Shown here one piece after another: positions 29,702 to 40,276 of a stretch of 64,000 nt of DNA (positions are counted from its first letter, which is position 1; the number at the start of each line of letters is the position of its first letter). The stretch is from an uncultured Armatimonadetes bacterium (GTDB lineage Bacteria; Armatimonadota; UBA5829; DTJY01). A program made the translations under genes and the position numbers. Where the stretch lies: NCBI GenBank assembly GCA_963717145.1, contig OY970325.1, positions 4,320,001 to 4,384,000 of the forward strand. The letters run 5' to 3'. The notes beneath the pieces were generated by a model, which was given only the letters and a program-made list of their open reading frames with translations, was not told where the DNA came from and made no database searches.

Positions 29702-29823
29702 GGGCGAGCTTCAACGCCCGCCCGTGTGGTGGCCGTGCTGCCGGCCATGCGTCATTAGGTCCTAATGCGCCCTATAGGCGAGCCCAGAGACATCCAGGGG
29801 AGGCCGTTGAAGGCCTCCCCTAC
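29698..29823. repeat. GTAG REP pair (gtaggggaggccttcaacggcctccc family)
   Basis: The family is also at 45420-45476, 51490-51566 and 58583-58612. Confidence 0.85.
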
Positions 29824-29837
29824 GGCTTTCCACTTGT

Positions 29838-32750
29838 CTATGGCGTCATAGGAAGGATGTACTGCCGGATGTCGCTCGGCATTCGCGGCCAGAGCACCCT
29901 CATATTGTGCTTATTCCCATCGGCGCCCGCGAGCATCACACACCGCATTATCCCCGATACAACGAAGTACTGAGGCAACGGGGGCAGTACCATCGACCCG
30001 CCGATGCCGGTCAGATCGACCCTGATCCCGATCTCTGCACCGTCGTTGATCCCCGAGCCATCATCGATCCAGAAGTAGTGGATGCCCCCGAGTCCCCCGT
30101 CGCGTAACAGTCCGGTTGCCGTAACGTACTGGCCGATCTGGTTCAGTCCGGCGCGCGTGACCGGCGGATCAGCGGTGATATCATTGCACACGCCCGACTG
30201 GCTCCCGAAGGTCTCCCCGCCGTCGTCACGGCCAATGCAGAAGTAAGGCTTCTGAAGGAGCATGTGGCCGGCCGGTCGCACGATGAATGCGTTCACCAGC
30301 AGTTCCTGGTCGTAGGGCGCATCGTTCAGCTTGAGGACGCCATCCACGTCGACGATGTCGCCCTCTCTGATCAGCAAACCGCCGTTCCAGTGAACTCCGA
30401 TCCCGGAACTGCCGTCACGCCACCCGAATGCGGGCGGGTCCTCAACGAAGAAGAGGTTCAGCGCGGGGAATGACGCGGTGACGATCTTGTAGCCCAGGTG
30501 AACCGGATCGAGCGGCCCGAATCGCGACTTGATCTGTCCGACGGTCAGCGTCGTCCGCACGAGCCCGAGGTCGCACCAATCGGTCTCCGCCAGGTCGGCA
30601 TTCCTTGCCTTCACCCTGAAGTGGTACTGCTTGTCCGGATCGAGTTTGAGGAGCGCCCAGGAGTTGGTGGCTGCCCAATCCGTATGCTTGCCCGTCACCA
30701 TCTCCTCGCAGTAGTACTCCGTGCCGCTCGGATTGCCGTTCGCCCCCCAGTTCGCCTGGATTGCCGTCCGCGTCACGGGACCATACGGCATGCTGACCGG
30801 GACCGCCGCGAGCGTCCGTCTGACCGTCTGCGCCCAGGTGGTCTCAGTCGCATCGCCGTTCCGAGCCTTGATCTTGAACGTGTACTGAGTGTTCGGCGTG
30901 AGCGTGACCGTATCGGTCGTTGTCTGTATCCACGCGTTGATCCCGCCTGACGCATCCGGGTCCGCATCGAAGTAGATCCCTGACTGGCCCAGTGTGAGGT
31001 TCGGGAACGTATCAGTCGCGCTCATGTCGGCAGATGTTGCAGTAATACCGGACACGTTGATGCCGGTCGGCGCGGGCATCAGCGTGTACTTGAGCACCTC
31101 CGATGAGTATCCGGTGTAGTTCGGCGGGCTGTAGCTGTCCCTCGCCCTGACCTTGTAGCCGTACTGCGTGTTGGCTGACAGGCCGCTGTCCGCGTAAGGG
31201 GCGCCGGCCTGCTCGACGCTGTTGCCGCCGGGATGCCCGGTCGTCTCGGTGAAGTTGTACCAGACGGGCGGATTCTCCGCATCTGTGGCTGTGCTCGCAG
31301 TCATCTCTATCTGGCCGGTGCCCGTCGCATGAGGCTGCACCGACCACGTCATCGGATTCGGCGTCGGCGGTGTGAAGTCAAGCAGATCATACCAGACGGT
31401 GGTCGGAACACCGGAGTAGTTGTTCTCGTGTTCTATACCGATCCGCCAGTTCGACATGTTGACGTTCGAGTAGTAGGTCACCAGCACGTCGTTGACGTAG
31501 ACGTAGAACATGCCGTTGGTCTTGTCGTATCGGATCTTGTACGTGAGATAGGTCGTCGTCTCGTTCTCGGAGGTCTGGGAGAAGAACCGCACTGCTCCGG
31601 ACGGCGGGGAGACCGGGTAATGGTCATCCCAGTAGGAAGCCCAGTAGGCGGCGCCGTCGTGGCGCTCCCCGTTCCCTGTCGCGGTACAGAGTCCGCTGAT
31701 CTCATAGTACTGAGCCGAGTATCCGATAGCATTGATGCGGACGTAGTTGCTCGTGCTGGGCTCGAACAAGCCGAAGCCTACCTGGCCCTGATTGACGCCA
31801 ACGATGCCCTGCTGCAGCTTGACCTTGATCGAGGCCTCGAAGCTACTGTTCATCGTGTAGTTCGTTGCGGAGCCGTCGGCCCCCCAGGCTGTATCCGAGG
31901 TCGCTCCGCTGCAGAGGAGCAGGCCACCGCTGTTGGAGAATGTGATCGTCGGGTCGGTGTTCCAGTAGTTCAGGCTAAGGTCCGACATGTTGATATCCAC
32001 AGCTGATTCGGCCTCAGGAATGACATAAATCACGACGAGTTCCGGCCGCTCGCTGCCCCATTCACTGCACCGGAAGTTGATGCCGCCGATGCTGTGGCCG
32101 CCGATCGCCGTCCAGTCGAGCACGAGACCGTAGTTCTTGGTGGGGTTGTTCTGCCAGTATTGGCAGGCGGGGGTGACGTCCCACTCGTGCCAGCCGTTCA
32201 CTTCCGTGCAGCGCTCAGTGTCTTCCAGCGTGTCGTGTCGGTCGGAGTTGGATCCCCGCGCGCCTGCTGTGGACCAGCCGACATACGGGTTGCAGGTCCG
32301 ATAGACCCAGCACGCCCCGACTTCCAGTCCGCCCTCATCGCCGCCGGTGCCTTCCTGCCAGTTCGGCATGCATCGGTAGACCCCGACATCCAGCCAGTCT
32401 CCAGTTGCGAAGTTGTAGGTTTCGAACTGGTAGAGCCTGAGGGTGGCCGACTTGATGCACGCGCCCGAAGGAAGCTGGCCCGTGAGATCGAACTTGATCA
32501 GGGCGGTTCTGTCATGCGACGTTCGTTTCTGTACCCAGAACTCCTCGTCGGAGTTGCCGTAGTTGTAGTTGGGCGCATACTGGTCCAGGAACGTGTCGGT
32601 GCAGCCTGAATAGCCGCCTGTCCCTTGTTTCAGGGTGATCGTCTGGGGCGTTGGTGAAGAAAGCGCGGTACCCAGACTCGCGCAAATCAGAGCGAGGGCG
32701 AGGAGAGTGAGATGCGGCCCTCGAAACCGGCGCCAGCAGTAGCTTGGCAT
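29838..32750 (-). CDS. Secreted DNRLRE-domain and Fn3-repeat protein with a C-terminal OB-like module
   Basis: GYSGCTDTFL..PNYNYG, ALIKFDL, NYGL, RPELVV, plus Fn3-like GLSANTQYGYKVRA repeats. Confidence 0.85.
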   Translation of the reverse strand: MPSYCWRRFRGPHLTLLALALICASLGTALSSPTPQTITLKQGTGGYSGCTDTFLDQYAPNYNYGNSDEEFWVQKRTSHDRTALIKFDLTGQLPSGACIKSATLRLYQFETYNFATGDWLDVGVYRCMPNWQEGTGGDEGGLEVGACWVYRTCNPYVGWSTAGARGSNSDRHDTLEDTERCTEVNGWHEWDVTPACQYWQNNPTKNYGLVLDWTAIGGHSIGGINFRCSEWGSERPELVVIYVIPEAESAVDINMSDLSLNYWNTDPTITFSNSGGLLLCSGATSDTAWGADGSATNYTMNSSFEASIKVKLQQGIVGVNQGQVGFGLFEPSTSNYVRINAIGYSAQYYEISGLCTATGNGERHDGAAYWASYWDDHYPVSPPSGAVRFFSQTSENETTTYLTYKIRYDKTNGMFYVYVNDVLVTYYSNVNMSNWRIGIEHENNYSGVPTTVWYDLLDFTPPTPNPMTWSVQPHATGTGQIEMTASTATDAENPPVWYNFTETTGHPGGNSVEQAGAPYADSGLSANTQYGYKVRARDSYSPPNYTGYSSEVLKYTLMPAPTGINVSGITATSADMSATDTFPNLTLGQSGIYFDADPDASGGINAWIQTTTDTVTLTPNTQYTFKIKARNGDATETTWAQTVRRTLAAVPVSMPYGPVTRTAIQANWGANGNPSGTEYYCEEMVTGKHTDWAATNSWALLKLDPDKQYHFRVKARNADLAETDWCDLGLVRTTLTVGQIKSRFGPLDPVHLGYKIVTASFPALNLFFVEDPPAFGWRDGSSGIGVHWNGGLLIREGDIVDVDGVLKLNDAPYDQELLVNAFIVRPAGHMLLQKPYFCIGRDDGGETFGSQSGVCNDITADPPVTRAGLNQIGQYVTATGLLRDGGLGGIHYFWIDDGSGINDGAEIGIRVDLTGIGGSMVLPPLPQYFVVSGIMRCVMLAGADGNKHNMRVLWPRMPSDIRQYILPMTP

Positions 32751-32825
32751 GTTGGTCCCTCCCTGCAGAAGAGTTTGTGTTGCTCATTCTGGTTGCCCAT
32801 GGGAAGGCAGGATCCCACTACTGCG

Positions 32826-32872
32826 AGTCTACCAGGTGGGAGGGCAGGTGTCAACTGGTATAATTACCAGTT
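32826..32872 (-). promoter_or_regulatory. Sigma70 promoter with an adjacent palindrome
   Basis: TTGACA-17-TAGACT on the minus strand. AACTGGTA-TAAT-TACCAGTT abuts the -35. Confidence 0.7.
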
Positions 32873-32878
32873 CGGCGG

Positions 32879-33886
32879 CTACAGGACTTGGCTCAGCGCG
32901 AGGTAGCAGAGCGCGCCGAGCAGCGCTGAGGTCGGCAGCGTCATCATCCATGCCAGCAGAATCTGTCCGACGATGCCCCATCGGACCGCGCTCAACCGCT
33001 TGGCAGAGCCGACCCCCATGATCGAGGACGATATCACGTGTGTTGTGCTGACGGGGGCATGCCAGAGAGTGGCGCTCAATACGACGAGCGCCGCAGCCGT
33101 CTCGGATGCGAATCCGTGTACCGGCTGCAGGCCCATGATCTTCTTGCCGACTGTCTTGATTATCCTCCAGCCGCCAACCGCAGTGCCGAGCGCCATCGCC
33201 GTTGCGCACGCAATCTTCACCCAGAGGGGAACGGTCACAGATCCCTGCATCCCCGCCACGACCAGTGCCATCGTAATGATGCCCATCGACTTCTGCGCGT
33301 CGTTCGATCCGTGAGTGAACGCCATCGAGAGCGCCGAGAAGACCTGGAGCACCTTGAAGTGCCTGTTCAACTTCGACGGCGCATGTTGAGCGAATATGTT
33401 CATGACGATGATCATCAGAACCGCGCCGCCGACAAACCCGGCGATCGGCGAAAAGATAAGCGAGGTGAATATCTTGTGCAGGCCCGCCATGTTCAACGCG
33501 CCGCCGCCCGCTGCCACGACTACCGCGCCGATGAGTCCGCCGATCAGCGCGTGTGACGAACTGCTCGGCAGTCCGAGCCACCATGTCGCGAGGTTCCAGA
33601 TGATCGCGCCGATGAGAGCCGACAACACGAGTAGTTGGCCGGTCGCGCCGGATACTGTCGTCGGATCGATTATTCCCGATCCAATGGTCTTGGCGACACC
33701 GGTCCAGATCATCGCGCCGATGAAGTTCATCAGCGCCGAAAGGACTATCGCGTTGCGTATGGACAGGGCTCTGGTCAGGACCGAGGTTGCAATGGCGTTG
33801 GCCGTGTCGTGAAAACCGTTGATGAAATCGAAACCGATGGCGAATACGACGACGGCGCCGAGAAGTATGATCTTGGTCTCAGGCAT
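32879..33886 (-). CDS. pit: Inorganic phosphate transporter (PiT family)
   Basis: NGFHDTANAIAT, GLPSSSSHALIG, HGSNDAQKSMG, PVSTTH. Confidence 0.95.
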   Translation of the reverse strand: MPETKIILLGAVVVFAIGFDFINGFHDTANAIATSVLTRALSIRNAIVLSALMNFIGAMIWTGVAKTIGSGIIDPTTVSGATGQLLVLSALIGAIIWNLATWWLGLPSSSSHALIGGLIGAVVVAAGGGALNMAGLHKIFTSLIFSPIAGFVGGAVLMIIVMNIFAQHAPSKLNRHFKVLQVFSALSMAFTHGSNDAQKSMGIITMALVVAGMQGSVTVPLWVKIACATAMALGTAVGGWRIIKTVGKKIMGLQPVHGFASETAAALVVLSATLWHAPVSTTHVISSSIMGVGSAKRLSAVRWGIVGQILLAWMMTLPTSALLGALCYLALSQVL

Positions 33887-34508
33887 TCTTCACCACGATG
33901 CTTTCCAGAACATTCGCCACATCCTCGCACTTGTCGGTGGCTGTCTCCAGGCGGTCGAATATCTCCATCCACTTGGCGATCTCGAGTGGTTTTGTCTCTT
34001 CTTTGAACAACCTGCGGAGCGCCTTTCGCTGGATCTGATCGGCCTGGTTTTCCAGCTTGTTGATCTCGACGCACGGGTTCAGGATGGTGTCGATGTCCCT
34101 GAAGGTCGAAAGCCCGTGGATGCCGTCACGGATTTGCTTCGTCGACTCGATCAGGATCGCGGCCAACTCCGCGGCCTCCTCGCGAGGCGTCTCGACGCCG
34201 TAGAGCTTCATGCGATCCGCCGAGGCTTCGATATAATCGAGCACGTCGTCCAGGCCCGCAGCTAGTTCATGGATGTCTTCTCGGTCTATGGGGGTCACGA
34301 AGCTGGCGTCGAGTCTCCGGCATATGCCGTCGGTCGCGTCGTCGATCGACTTCTCCATCTCGCGAAGCACGCGGCACTTCTCGTCGACGTTCTGGTAGTC
34401 GGTGATCAAGTCGTGCAGGCAGACTGCGGCGTCGACGAGCACCTTCGCGATGTCGTCGAAGAGATCGAAGAAAGGTTCTTCGGTCGGCATGAAACGGAAT
34501 TTCTTCAC
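33879..34508 (-). CDS. DUF47 (PhoU_div) phosphate transport regulator
   Basis: FFDLF, FVTPIDREDI, LENQAD, DKCEDVAN..VVKNA. Confidence 0.92.
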   Translation of the reverse strand: MKKFRFMPTEEPFFDLFDDIAKVLVDAAVCLHDLITDYQNVDEKCRVLREMEKSIDDATDGICRRLDASFVTPIDREDIHELAAGLDDVLDYIEASADRMKLYGVETPREEAAELAAILIESTKQIRDGIHGLSTFRDIDTILNPCVEINKLENQADQIQRKALRRLFKEETKPLEIAKWMEIFDRLETATDKCEDVANVLESIVVKNA

Positions 34509-34523
34509 GGTTCGCCTCCTGCC

Positions 34524-35144
34524 CTAAGCGTTCTTGAGCATCACGGCTTCGATGATGTCGGCGACATCCTCGCACTTGTCGATGGCGGTCTCGATGTGAT
34601 CGTAGATCTCCCGCCACTTCAGGGCCTCGATCGGCTGGTCGTGCATCTGGAAGAGCTTCGAGAGCGCCTTGCGATTGGCCTGATCGCCTTCGTTCTCGAG
34701 CCGGTTGATCGAGACGCATGCCTCGCGTATCGCTTCCGAATTCTTCATATCGCGGAGTCCCGTGACCGCCTTGACGGTCAGGTCGGTGGCCTCCGCCAGA
34801 ATGGCGCACAGTTTCACCGCCGAATCCGTCGGCTCGGCAACCTCATACAGAGCCATTCGGTCCACAGCCGACTCGATGAAATCCATGATGTCGTCGAGCG
34901 CGCTGGTCAGGGCGTGGATGTCTTCGCGGTCGAGCGGCGTGACGAAGGTCATGTTCAGCTTCTTCAGGATCTCATGAGCGACCTCATCGGCGTCGTGCTC
35001 GACCGCCTTCATCTTGAACGCGGCGTCCTCTACGTCTTTGTAGTCAGTGACGAGCCCGACGAGGGTATGCGCCGCGTCGTTGACCATGTGCACCTGTTTG
35101 TCGAACAGATCGAAGAAGGCTCCCTGTTTCGGTAGGATTCTCAT
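34524..35144 (-). CDS. DUF47 paralogue
   Basis: FFDLF, FVTPLDREDIH, LENEGD, DKCEDVAD. Confidence 0.92.
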   Translation of the reverse strand: MRILPKQGAFFDLFDKQVHMVNDAAHTLVGLVTDYKDVEDAAFKMKAVEHDADEVAHEILKKLNMTFVTPLDREDIHALTSALDDIMDFIESAVDRMALYEVAEPTDSAVKLCAILAEATDLTVKAVTGLRDMKNSEAIREACVSINRLENEGDQANRKALSKLFQMHDQPIEALKWREIYDHIETAIDKCEDVADIIEAVMLKNA

Positions 35145-35378
35145 TGACTTTCACGCCTCCGCTCTTCACCGGCTCGTGGACTCACAACAAAGGGTCAGCA
35201 TTATCCCTGTGCTGACCCGTGTGCAGTTCCATGACTGAGTGTCGCATTGGATGTTCCATCGGTTTCATTTTGATGCCAAATCGCGCACATTATATCAACC
35301 GGCAGCCCGCAACGTCAACAGCACGTCAGGCAACAAATCCGTGGAACGATACGTATAGAATCCCAGGAGGTAACGCCA

Positions 35379-36353
35379 TTGAGAAGGATATCGCTACTAA
35401 TCGCCACGTTTCTTCTGTTCTCCGCCGCCGCATTGTTCGCTTCGGAGAGCGTCATCGTCAAAGCGCAGGAAGGAATCGCCTGCATCATCCCTGTATGGTC
35501 GCCGGACGGCCGCTCCATCGCCTATGTATCCAAACCGAGCGAGGGCGCGCCGAATATCATGCTCGCCGCTGTGTCAGGCGGCGCATGGAAGAGCCGCGTC
35601 CTCATCAAGGATGCACTCAACCCCGTGTGGTCGCCCACCTCGAAGCAGATCGCATGCCACAACAACGGCATGGTGATCGTCGACGTCGCAACCGGCAAGG
35701 TGCGACGTTTGACCACGAACGGACCAGAGAGTGTCTACTATGCCGAGGCGTGGTCGCCGAACGGGCGCTATCTACTGCACGAACTGGCGTGTTGCGGGTT
35801 TCCATATCTCGTGATGGACCTGAACACCGGCAAGAACGTGGGAAAGTCGGTCGGTGACGGGGGCGTATGGACAAACGCCGGGAAGCTGATCGCTTGGCAG
35901 TGCGGTGATGCTGCATCGGTCAAGCTGATCGACATTGCATCCGGAAGCTCGAGGGTGCTGCTCAAGGATTCATGTGCCGCCGGGGCATTCGTTCCCAAAG
36001 GCGATGCGTTCGCCTACCTTTGGCTGATGCCGAGTCCTGCGCGAGGCGAGGGGATCTATAAGGTGGCCCTGAAGACCGCCAAGCTTACGAAGTGCGTCGC
36101 CCTGCGGTCCGAGCAGGTCACCTGGAGCAAAGACGGCACGCAGTTCGCCTGCGTATCGAAGCTGATCCCAAAGAAGGGCGCAGAGCCCGAGATGAACCTC
36201 TACGTGGGCAACACCGCGAACTGGTACTTCAAGGTGGTCAGCAAGGGACTCGCGAGCCCGAGCCTGGTGGGAAGCGCGATCAGTTGGTCACCCGATGGCA
36301 AGTCGATCGTCTGCGCCACGGCCGACGGCGGCCTCAAGATCGTGAAGCTGTAG
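35379..36353 (+). CDS. Secreted TolB-like beta-propeller protein
   Basis: Repeated WSPDG/WSPNG motifs and a signal peptide. Confidence 0.85.
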   Translation: MRRISLLIATFLLFSAAALFASESVIVKAQEGIACIIPVWSPDGRSIAYVSKPSEGAPNIMLAAVSGGAWKSRVLIKDALNPVWSPTSKQIACHNNGMVIVDVATGKVRRLTTNGPESVYYAEAWSPNGRYLLHELACCGFPYLVMDLNTGKNVGKSVGDGGVWTNAGKLIAWQCGDAASVKLIDIASGSSRVLLKDSCAAGAFVPKGDAFAYLWLMPSPARGEGIYKVALKTAKLTKCVALRSEQVTWSKDGTQFACVSKLIPKKGAEPEMNLYVGNTANWYFKVVSKGLASPSLVGSAISWSPDGKSIVCATADGGLKIVKL

Positions 36354-36361
36354 AAGCATCA

Positions 36362-36448
36362 TCATGTAGTGGCCGTGCCTCTGTGCCGGCCTGCTATGCC
36401 GGCCATACCGGCGCAGCAGGCCGGCACAGAGGCACGGCCACTACATGA
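36362..36448. repeat. GTAG REP pair (gtagtggccgtgcctctgtgccggcc family)
   Basis: Also at 39423-39490 and 45125-45201. Confidence 0.9.
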
Positions 36449-36459
36449 CACTCAATGCC

Positions 36460-37608
36460 TTACCCCGCGTCCAGAGGCATCTCCTCCAGCTTGATGACCA
36501 CCATCTGCGAGTCGCCCATCCGCCAGATAGAGAGCTTCACTACATCGCCGACCTTGTGTTTGTTGATCTCAGTGATCAGCACGTCCGGGTTGGCGGTCTT
36601 CTTGTCGTCGATACTGGTGATGATATCGCCCTGCGTCAAGCCCTTTTTGGCGGCGGGACCGCCGGGGACGGTCTGCATCACCACGGCGCCGTCTCGGCTC
36701 TTGTAGCCATGCTGCTCATACCATGCCGCGAGGTCGCCGGAGATTCCGGCAAGCTGCACACCGAGCCACGGGCGGACGATCCGGCCCTTGTCGATGAGTT
36801 CTTTGGCGACCTTGCGCGCAGTGTTGCTCGGGATCGCGAACCCGATGCCGATGCTTCCCTGGCCTGGTTCTGTCGAGTAGATAGCGGTGTTGATGCCGAT
36901 AAGCTGCCCGTCGATATTCGCGAGTGCGCCGCCACTGTTGCCGCGATTGATCGCCGCATCCGTCTGGATCGCCTCTGCGAGAACCTTGCCCGGGCCGACG
37001 GGGAGGTCGGTCCTCTTGGTCGCGCTGACGACGCCCACAGTGACCGAGTTGCCGAATCCGAGCGGATTCCCCACCGCAATGGCCCAGTCGCCCGCGCGGA
37101 TGGCGCCGGAATCGCCGAACTGCGCCGCCGGGAGATTCCGGCCATCCACCTTGATGACCGCCAGGTCGGTTCGCGGGTCCCTGCCGATGATCCGGCCCTT
37201 GAAATGCCGCCCATCAGCGAGTCGGACGGTGATCTTCTTCGCGCCCTCGATGACGTGGTTGTTCGTCAGGATATACCCGTCGGTGCTGATGAGAACGCCG
37301 GATCCCTGGCCGATCACCTGCGTCTTCTGAGGGGCCATCGGGATGCCGAAAAGCTGCTCGAAGGGGCTTGTGACTTCCTGCTCGCCGATGGTGTCGATGT
37401 TCACCACCGCCGGGCCGAGCCGTGCGACCGCGTCGGCGATCACGTTGTCCTTCGCGCTCAGGATGCCGCGCGCCGGAGACCGGTTCAGAGTGGCGAGCAC
37501 GCCTCCTTTGCCGGGTGATATCGTGGTGTACCCGAGTTCCCTAAGGACCCAGCCGCACACCGCAAAGCCCAGAATGAAAACGAGTACGTATGGAATGAGT
37601 TTCTTCAT
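36460..37608 (-). CDS. htrA: HtrA/DegP-family serine protease with one PDZ domain
   Basis: GSGV, TNNHV, DLAV, IQTDAAINRGNSGG. Confidence 0.93.
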   Translation of the reverse strand: MKKLIPYVLVFILGFAVCGWVLRELGYTTISPGKGGVLATLNRSPARGILSAKDNVIADAVARLGPAVVNIDTIGEQEVTSPFEQLFGIPMAPQKTQVIGQGSGVLISTDGYILTNNHVIEGAKKITVRLADGRHFKGRIIGRDPRTDLAVIKVDGRNLPAAQFGDSGAIRAGDWAIAVGNPLGFGNSVTVGVVSATKRTDLPVGPGKVLAEAIQTDAAINRGNSGGALANIDGQLIGINTAIYSTEPGQGSIGIGFAIPSNTARKVAKELIDKGRIVRPWLGVQLAGISGDLAAWYEQHGYKSRDGAVVMQTVPGGPAAKKGLTQGDIITSIDDKKTANPDVLITEINKHKVGDVVKLSIWRMGDSQMVVIKLEEMPLDAG

Positions 37609-37611
37609 AGG

Positions 37612-38088
37612 TTAGCCTTCCGAATCGATGCTCCTGAGAACGTTCGCCATCTCGATGGCGGTCTCGGCTGCATCGAAGCCCTTGTTCCCGACCTTGGTGC
37701 CTGCGCGCTCGATCGCCTGCTCGATGGTGTCGGCGGTGATCACGCCGTATACTGCAGGTATACCCGATTGCAGGCCGATCTGAGCGATGCCCTTGGTGAC
37801 CTCGGCCGCCAGGTAGTCGAAGTGCGGGGTCGCGCCGCGGATCAGTGCGCCGAGGCAGATGACCGCATCGTACTTGCCGGAAGTCGCCATCTTCTGAGCC
37901 ACGATCGGGATCTCGAATGTGCCCGGCACCCACGCGACGTTTATGTTCTCATCAACGGCCCCGTGTCGGATCAGCGCATCGAGCGCTCCCGCCAGCAACT
38001 TGCCGGTGATGAACTCGTTGAACCTGCTCACGACGATACCGAATCTCAGTCCGTCTGCGAGCAGCTTGCCCTCGAATGTCTTTGCCAT
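37612..38088 (-). CDS. ribH: Lumazine synthase
   Basis: [37 protein letters not shown]. Confidence 0.97.
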   Translation of the reverse strand: MAKTFEGKLLADGLRFGIVVSRFNEFITGKLLAGALDALIRHGAVDENINVAWVPGTFEIPIVAQKMATSGKYDAVICLGALIRGATPHFDYLAAEVTKGIAQIGLQSGIPAVYGVITADTIEQAIERAGTKVGNKGFDAAETAIEMANVLRSIDSEG

Positions 38089-38106
38089 TTCAACCTCCCG
38101 TGGGGA

Positions 38107-38172
38107 AAATTCGAAACTCGAAATCCGAAATCCGAAAGCAGGTTTCGAGTTTCGAATTTCGTGCTTCGAGTT
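38107..38172. repeat. Heptamer-repeat hairpin (AAATCCG/TTTCGA type)
   Basis: aaattcgaaactcgaaatccgaaatccgaa...tttcgagtttcgaatttcgtgcttcgagttt. Confidence 0.75.
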
Positions 38173-39374
38173 TATGAATCCAGCAAGTGTCCGAGCTTGT
38201 CCTGCTTGGTGTCCAGATACCGCTGGTTCGCGCAGTTGGGCGTGATCACGAGCGGCACGCGCTCGACGATCTCCAGGTCATAGCCCTCGAGGCCCGCCAG
38301 CTTAGCCGGATTATTGGTCATATACCGAATCTTCTTGACGCCCAGGTCGAGCAGCACCTGCGCTCCGATGCCGTAATCCCGAAGGTCCGCCGGGAAGCCG
38401 AGCCGCTCGTTCGCCTCGACGGTGTCGAATCCCTGGTCCTGAAGTTCGTATGCCTTGAGCTTCTCGACCAGCCCGATGCCGCGGCCCTCCTGGTAGATGT
38501 AGACCAGCACGCCGCGTCCTTCCTCGGCGATCCTCTTCATCGCGCCTTCGAGCTGCTCACCGCACTCGCATCTCAGCGAATGGAGCACATCTCCGGTCAT
38601 GCAGCTCGAATGGATGCGCACGAGTACGGGCTTTCCGTCCGATACATCGCCCATCACCAGTGCTACATACGGATTATCCTCGATCGGAGTTTCGTAGGCG
38701 TGAAGCTTGAACTCGCCATACCTGGTCGGCAGGTAGGTCGTCGCCATTCGGGTCACGAGCTTCTCGGTCCGGCGGCGGTACTTGATCAGGTCGGCGATCG
38801 TGGCGATCTTCAGCCCGAACTTCTCGCCGATCTCCTGGAGTTCCGGCAGCCGCGCCATCGTGCCGTCCTCGCTCATGATCTCGCACAGCACGCCGCTCGG
38901 ATAGAGGCCCGCGAGCCGCGCGAAGTCGACGACCGCCTCAGTGTGACCCGCACGCTTCAAGACGCCGCCCTCTCGTGCGACGAGCGGGAAGATGTGTCCG
39001 GGCCGAGCCAGGTCCGACGGCCTGGTCGCCGGGTCGATACTCACCTTGATGGTATGCGCCCGATCGTAGGCGGAGATGCCGGTCGTCGTGCCGTGGACTG
39101 CATCGACGGTGACCGTGAATGGCGTCCCGAGGAGCGCCGTGTTCTGGCCGACCATCATCGAGAGGTTCAACTCCTCGGCGCGTTTCCTGGTCGTCGGCAG
39201 GCAGATCATACCCCGGCCGTGCTTGGCCATGAAGTTGATCGCGTCCGGCGTGACCTTTTCGGCGGCCATGATGAAGTCGCCCTCGTTTTCGCGGTCCTCA
39301 TCATCGACGACGATGAGGATTCGCCCCTCGCGTATTTCCTGTATCGCTTCTTCGATCGAGCAGAACTTGCCCAT
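38172..39374 (-). CDS. ribBA: Bifunctional DHBP synthase / GTP cyclohydrolase II
   Basis: [37 protein letters not shown]. Confidence 0.97.
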   Translation of the reverse strand: MGKFCSIEEAIQEIREGRILIVVDDEDRENEGDFIMAAEKVTPDAINFMAKHGRGMICLPTTRKRAEELNLSMMVGQNTALLGTPFTVTVDAVHGTTTGISAYDRAHTIKVSIDPATRPSDLARPGHIFPLVAREGGVLKRAGHTEAVVDFARLAGLYPSGVLCEIMSEDGTMARLPELQEIGEKFGLKIATIADLIKYRRRTEKLVTRMATTYLPTRYGEFKLHAYETPIEDNPYVALVMGDVSDGKPVLVRIHSSCMTGDVLHSLRCECGEQLEGAMKRIAEEGRGVLVYIYQEGRGIGLVEKLKAYELQDQGFDTVEANERLGFPADLRDYGIGAQVLLDLGVKKIRYMTNNPAKLAGLEGYDLEIVERVPLVITPNCANQRYLDTKQDKLGHLLDS

Positions 39375-39525
39375 GAATTCGTACTCGTACTCCTAATCGT
39401 AATCGTACTCGTCCGCCGGGCTGTGTAGTGGCCGTGCCTCCGTGCCGGCCAGGACGGTCACAGGCCGGCACGGAGGCACGGCCACTACACCGGATCCTTG
39501 GCGTCTTGGCGGTTCAGTAATCGGC

Positions 39526-40170
39526 TCACTCCAGGAACCCGCCCTTCTCGAGCAGGCCGAGCATCCGGTCATCGGAATCCGCCGATTTCCCCACAAACTT
39601 CAGTACGTATTTACCTATTATATCAGTTTCCACGTTCACTCTGCCACCCACGGCCCTTTCGCCGAGGGTCGTCGCCCCAAGCGTGTGCGGAATCACAGCC
39701 ACCGTGAACCAGTCGCGCCCGAAGTCGGCGATCGTCAGACTGATCCCGTCGACCGCAATCGAGCCCTTCTCGACGACGAACCGCATGACATCAGGAGTCG
39801 CCTCGAAGCGGAAGACGGTCTCCGCGCCGGACCTGCGGATCTCACGGATGACGCCGATCCCATCCACGTGGCCGAGCACCATATGCCCGCCCATGCGCGC
39901 GCCCGCCCGGAGCGCTCGTTCGAGGTTGACGGATTGTCCCGGCTTGAGTTCGCCCAGGGTGCTCCGGTCGACGGTCTCGTGCACGACATCGAACTCGATC
40001 TGCGCGCCCTTGATGGAGACAGCGGTGAGGCATACGCCGTTGACCGCGATGCTGTCACCGATCGCCGTGCCCTCCGAGACCACGCGAGCCTCGACGGTCA
40101 GCCTGAGCCCGCCTCCACTCGGCTGAGCGCGTATCACCTTGCCCTTTTCTTCGATCAGTCCTGTGAACAT
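39526..40170 (-). CDS. ribE: Riboflavin synthase alpha chain
   Basis: MFTGLIEE, GDSIAVNGVCLT, VNLERAL, GGHMVLGHVDG. Confidence 0.97.
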   Translation of the reverse strand: MFTGLIEEKGKVIRAQPSGGGLRLTVEARVVSEGTAIGDSIAVNGVCLTAVSIKGAQIEFDVVHETVDRSTLGELKPGQSVNLERALRAGARMGGHMVLGHVDGIGVIREIRRSGAETVFRFEATPDVMRFVVEKGSIAVDGISLTIADFGRDWFTVAVIPHTLGATTLGERAVGGRVNVETDIIGKYVLKFVGKSADSDDRMLGLLEKGGFLE

Positions 40171-40191
40171 GCTGGCATTCCATTTCCGGAA

Positions 40192-40276
40192 GCAGAGATC
40201 GCTGTAGGGGCGTGCCTTGTGCCGCCCGGTCCCACGTTGCGGGCGGCACAAGGCACGCCCCTACAGCGATCTCTGC
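40192..40276. repeat. GTAG REP pair overlapping the ribD stop codon
   Basis: Palindrome gcagagatcgctgtaggggcgtgcc...ggcacgcccctacagcgatctctgc. Confidence 0.9.

Noticed and set aside
35145-35378. Pho box upstream of the DUF47-PiT operon
   Set aside because: Only loose atg(a/g)aac repeats are present, with no convincing 11-bp-spaced consensus
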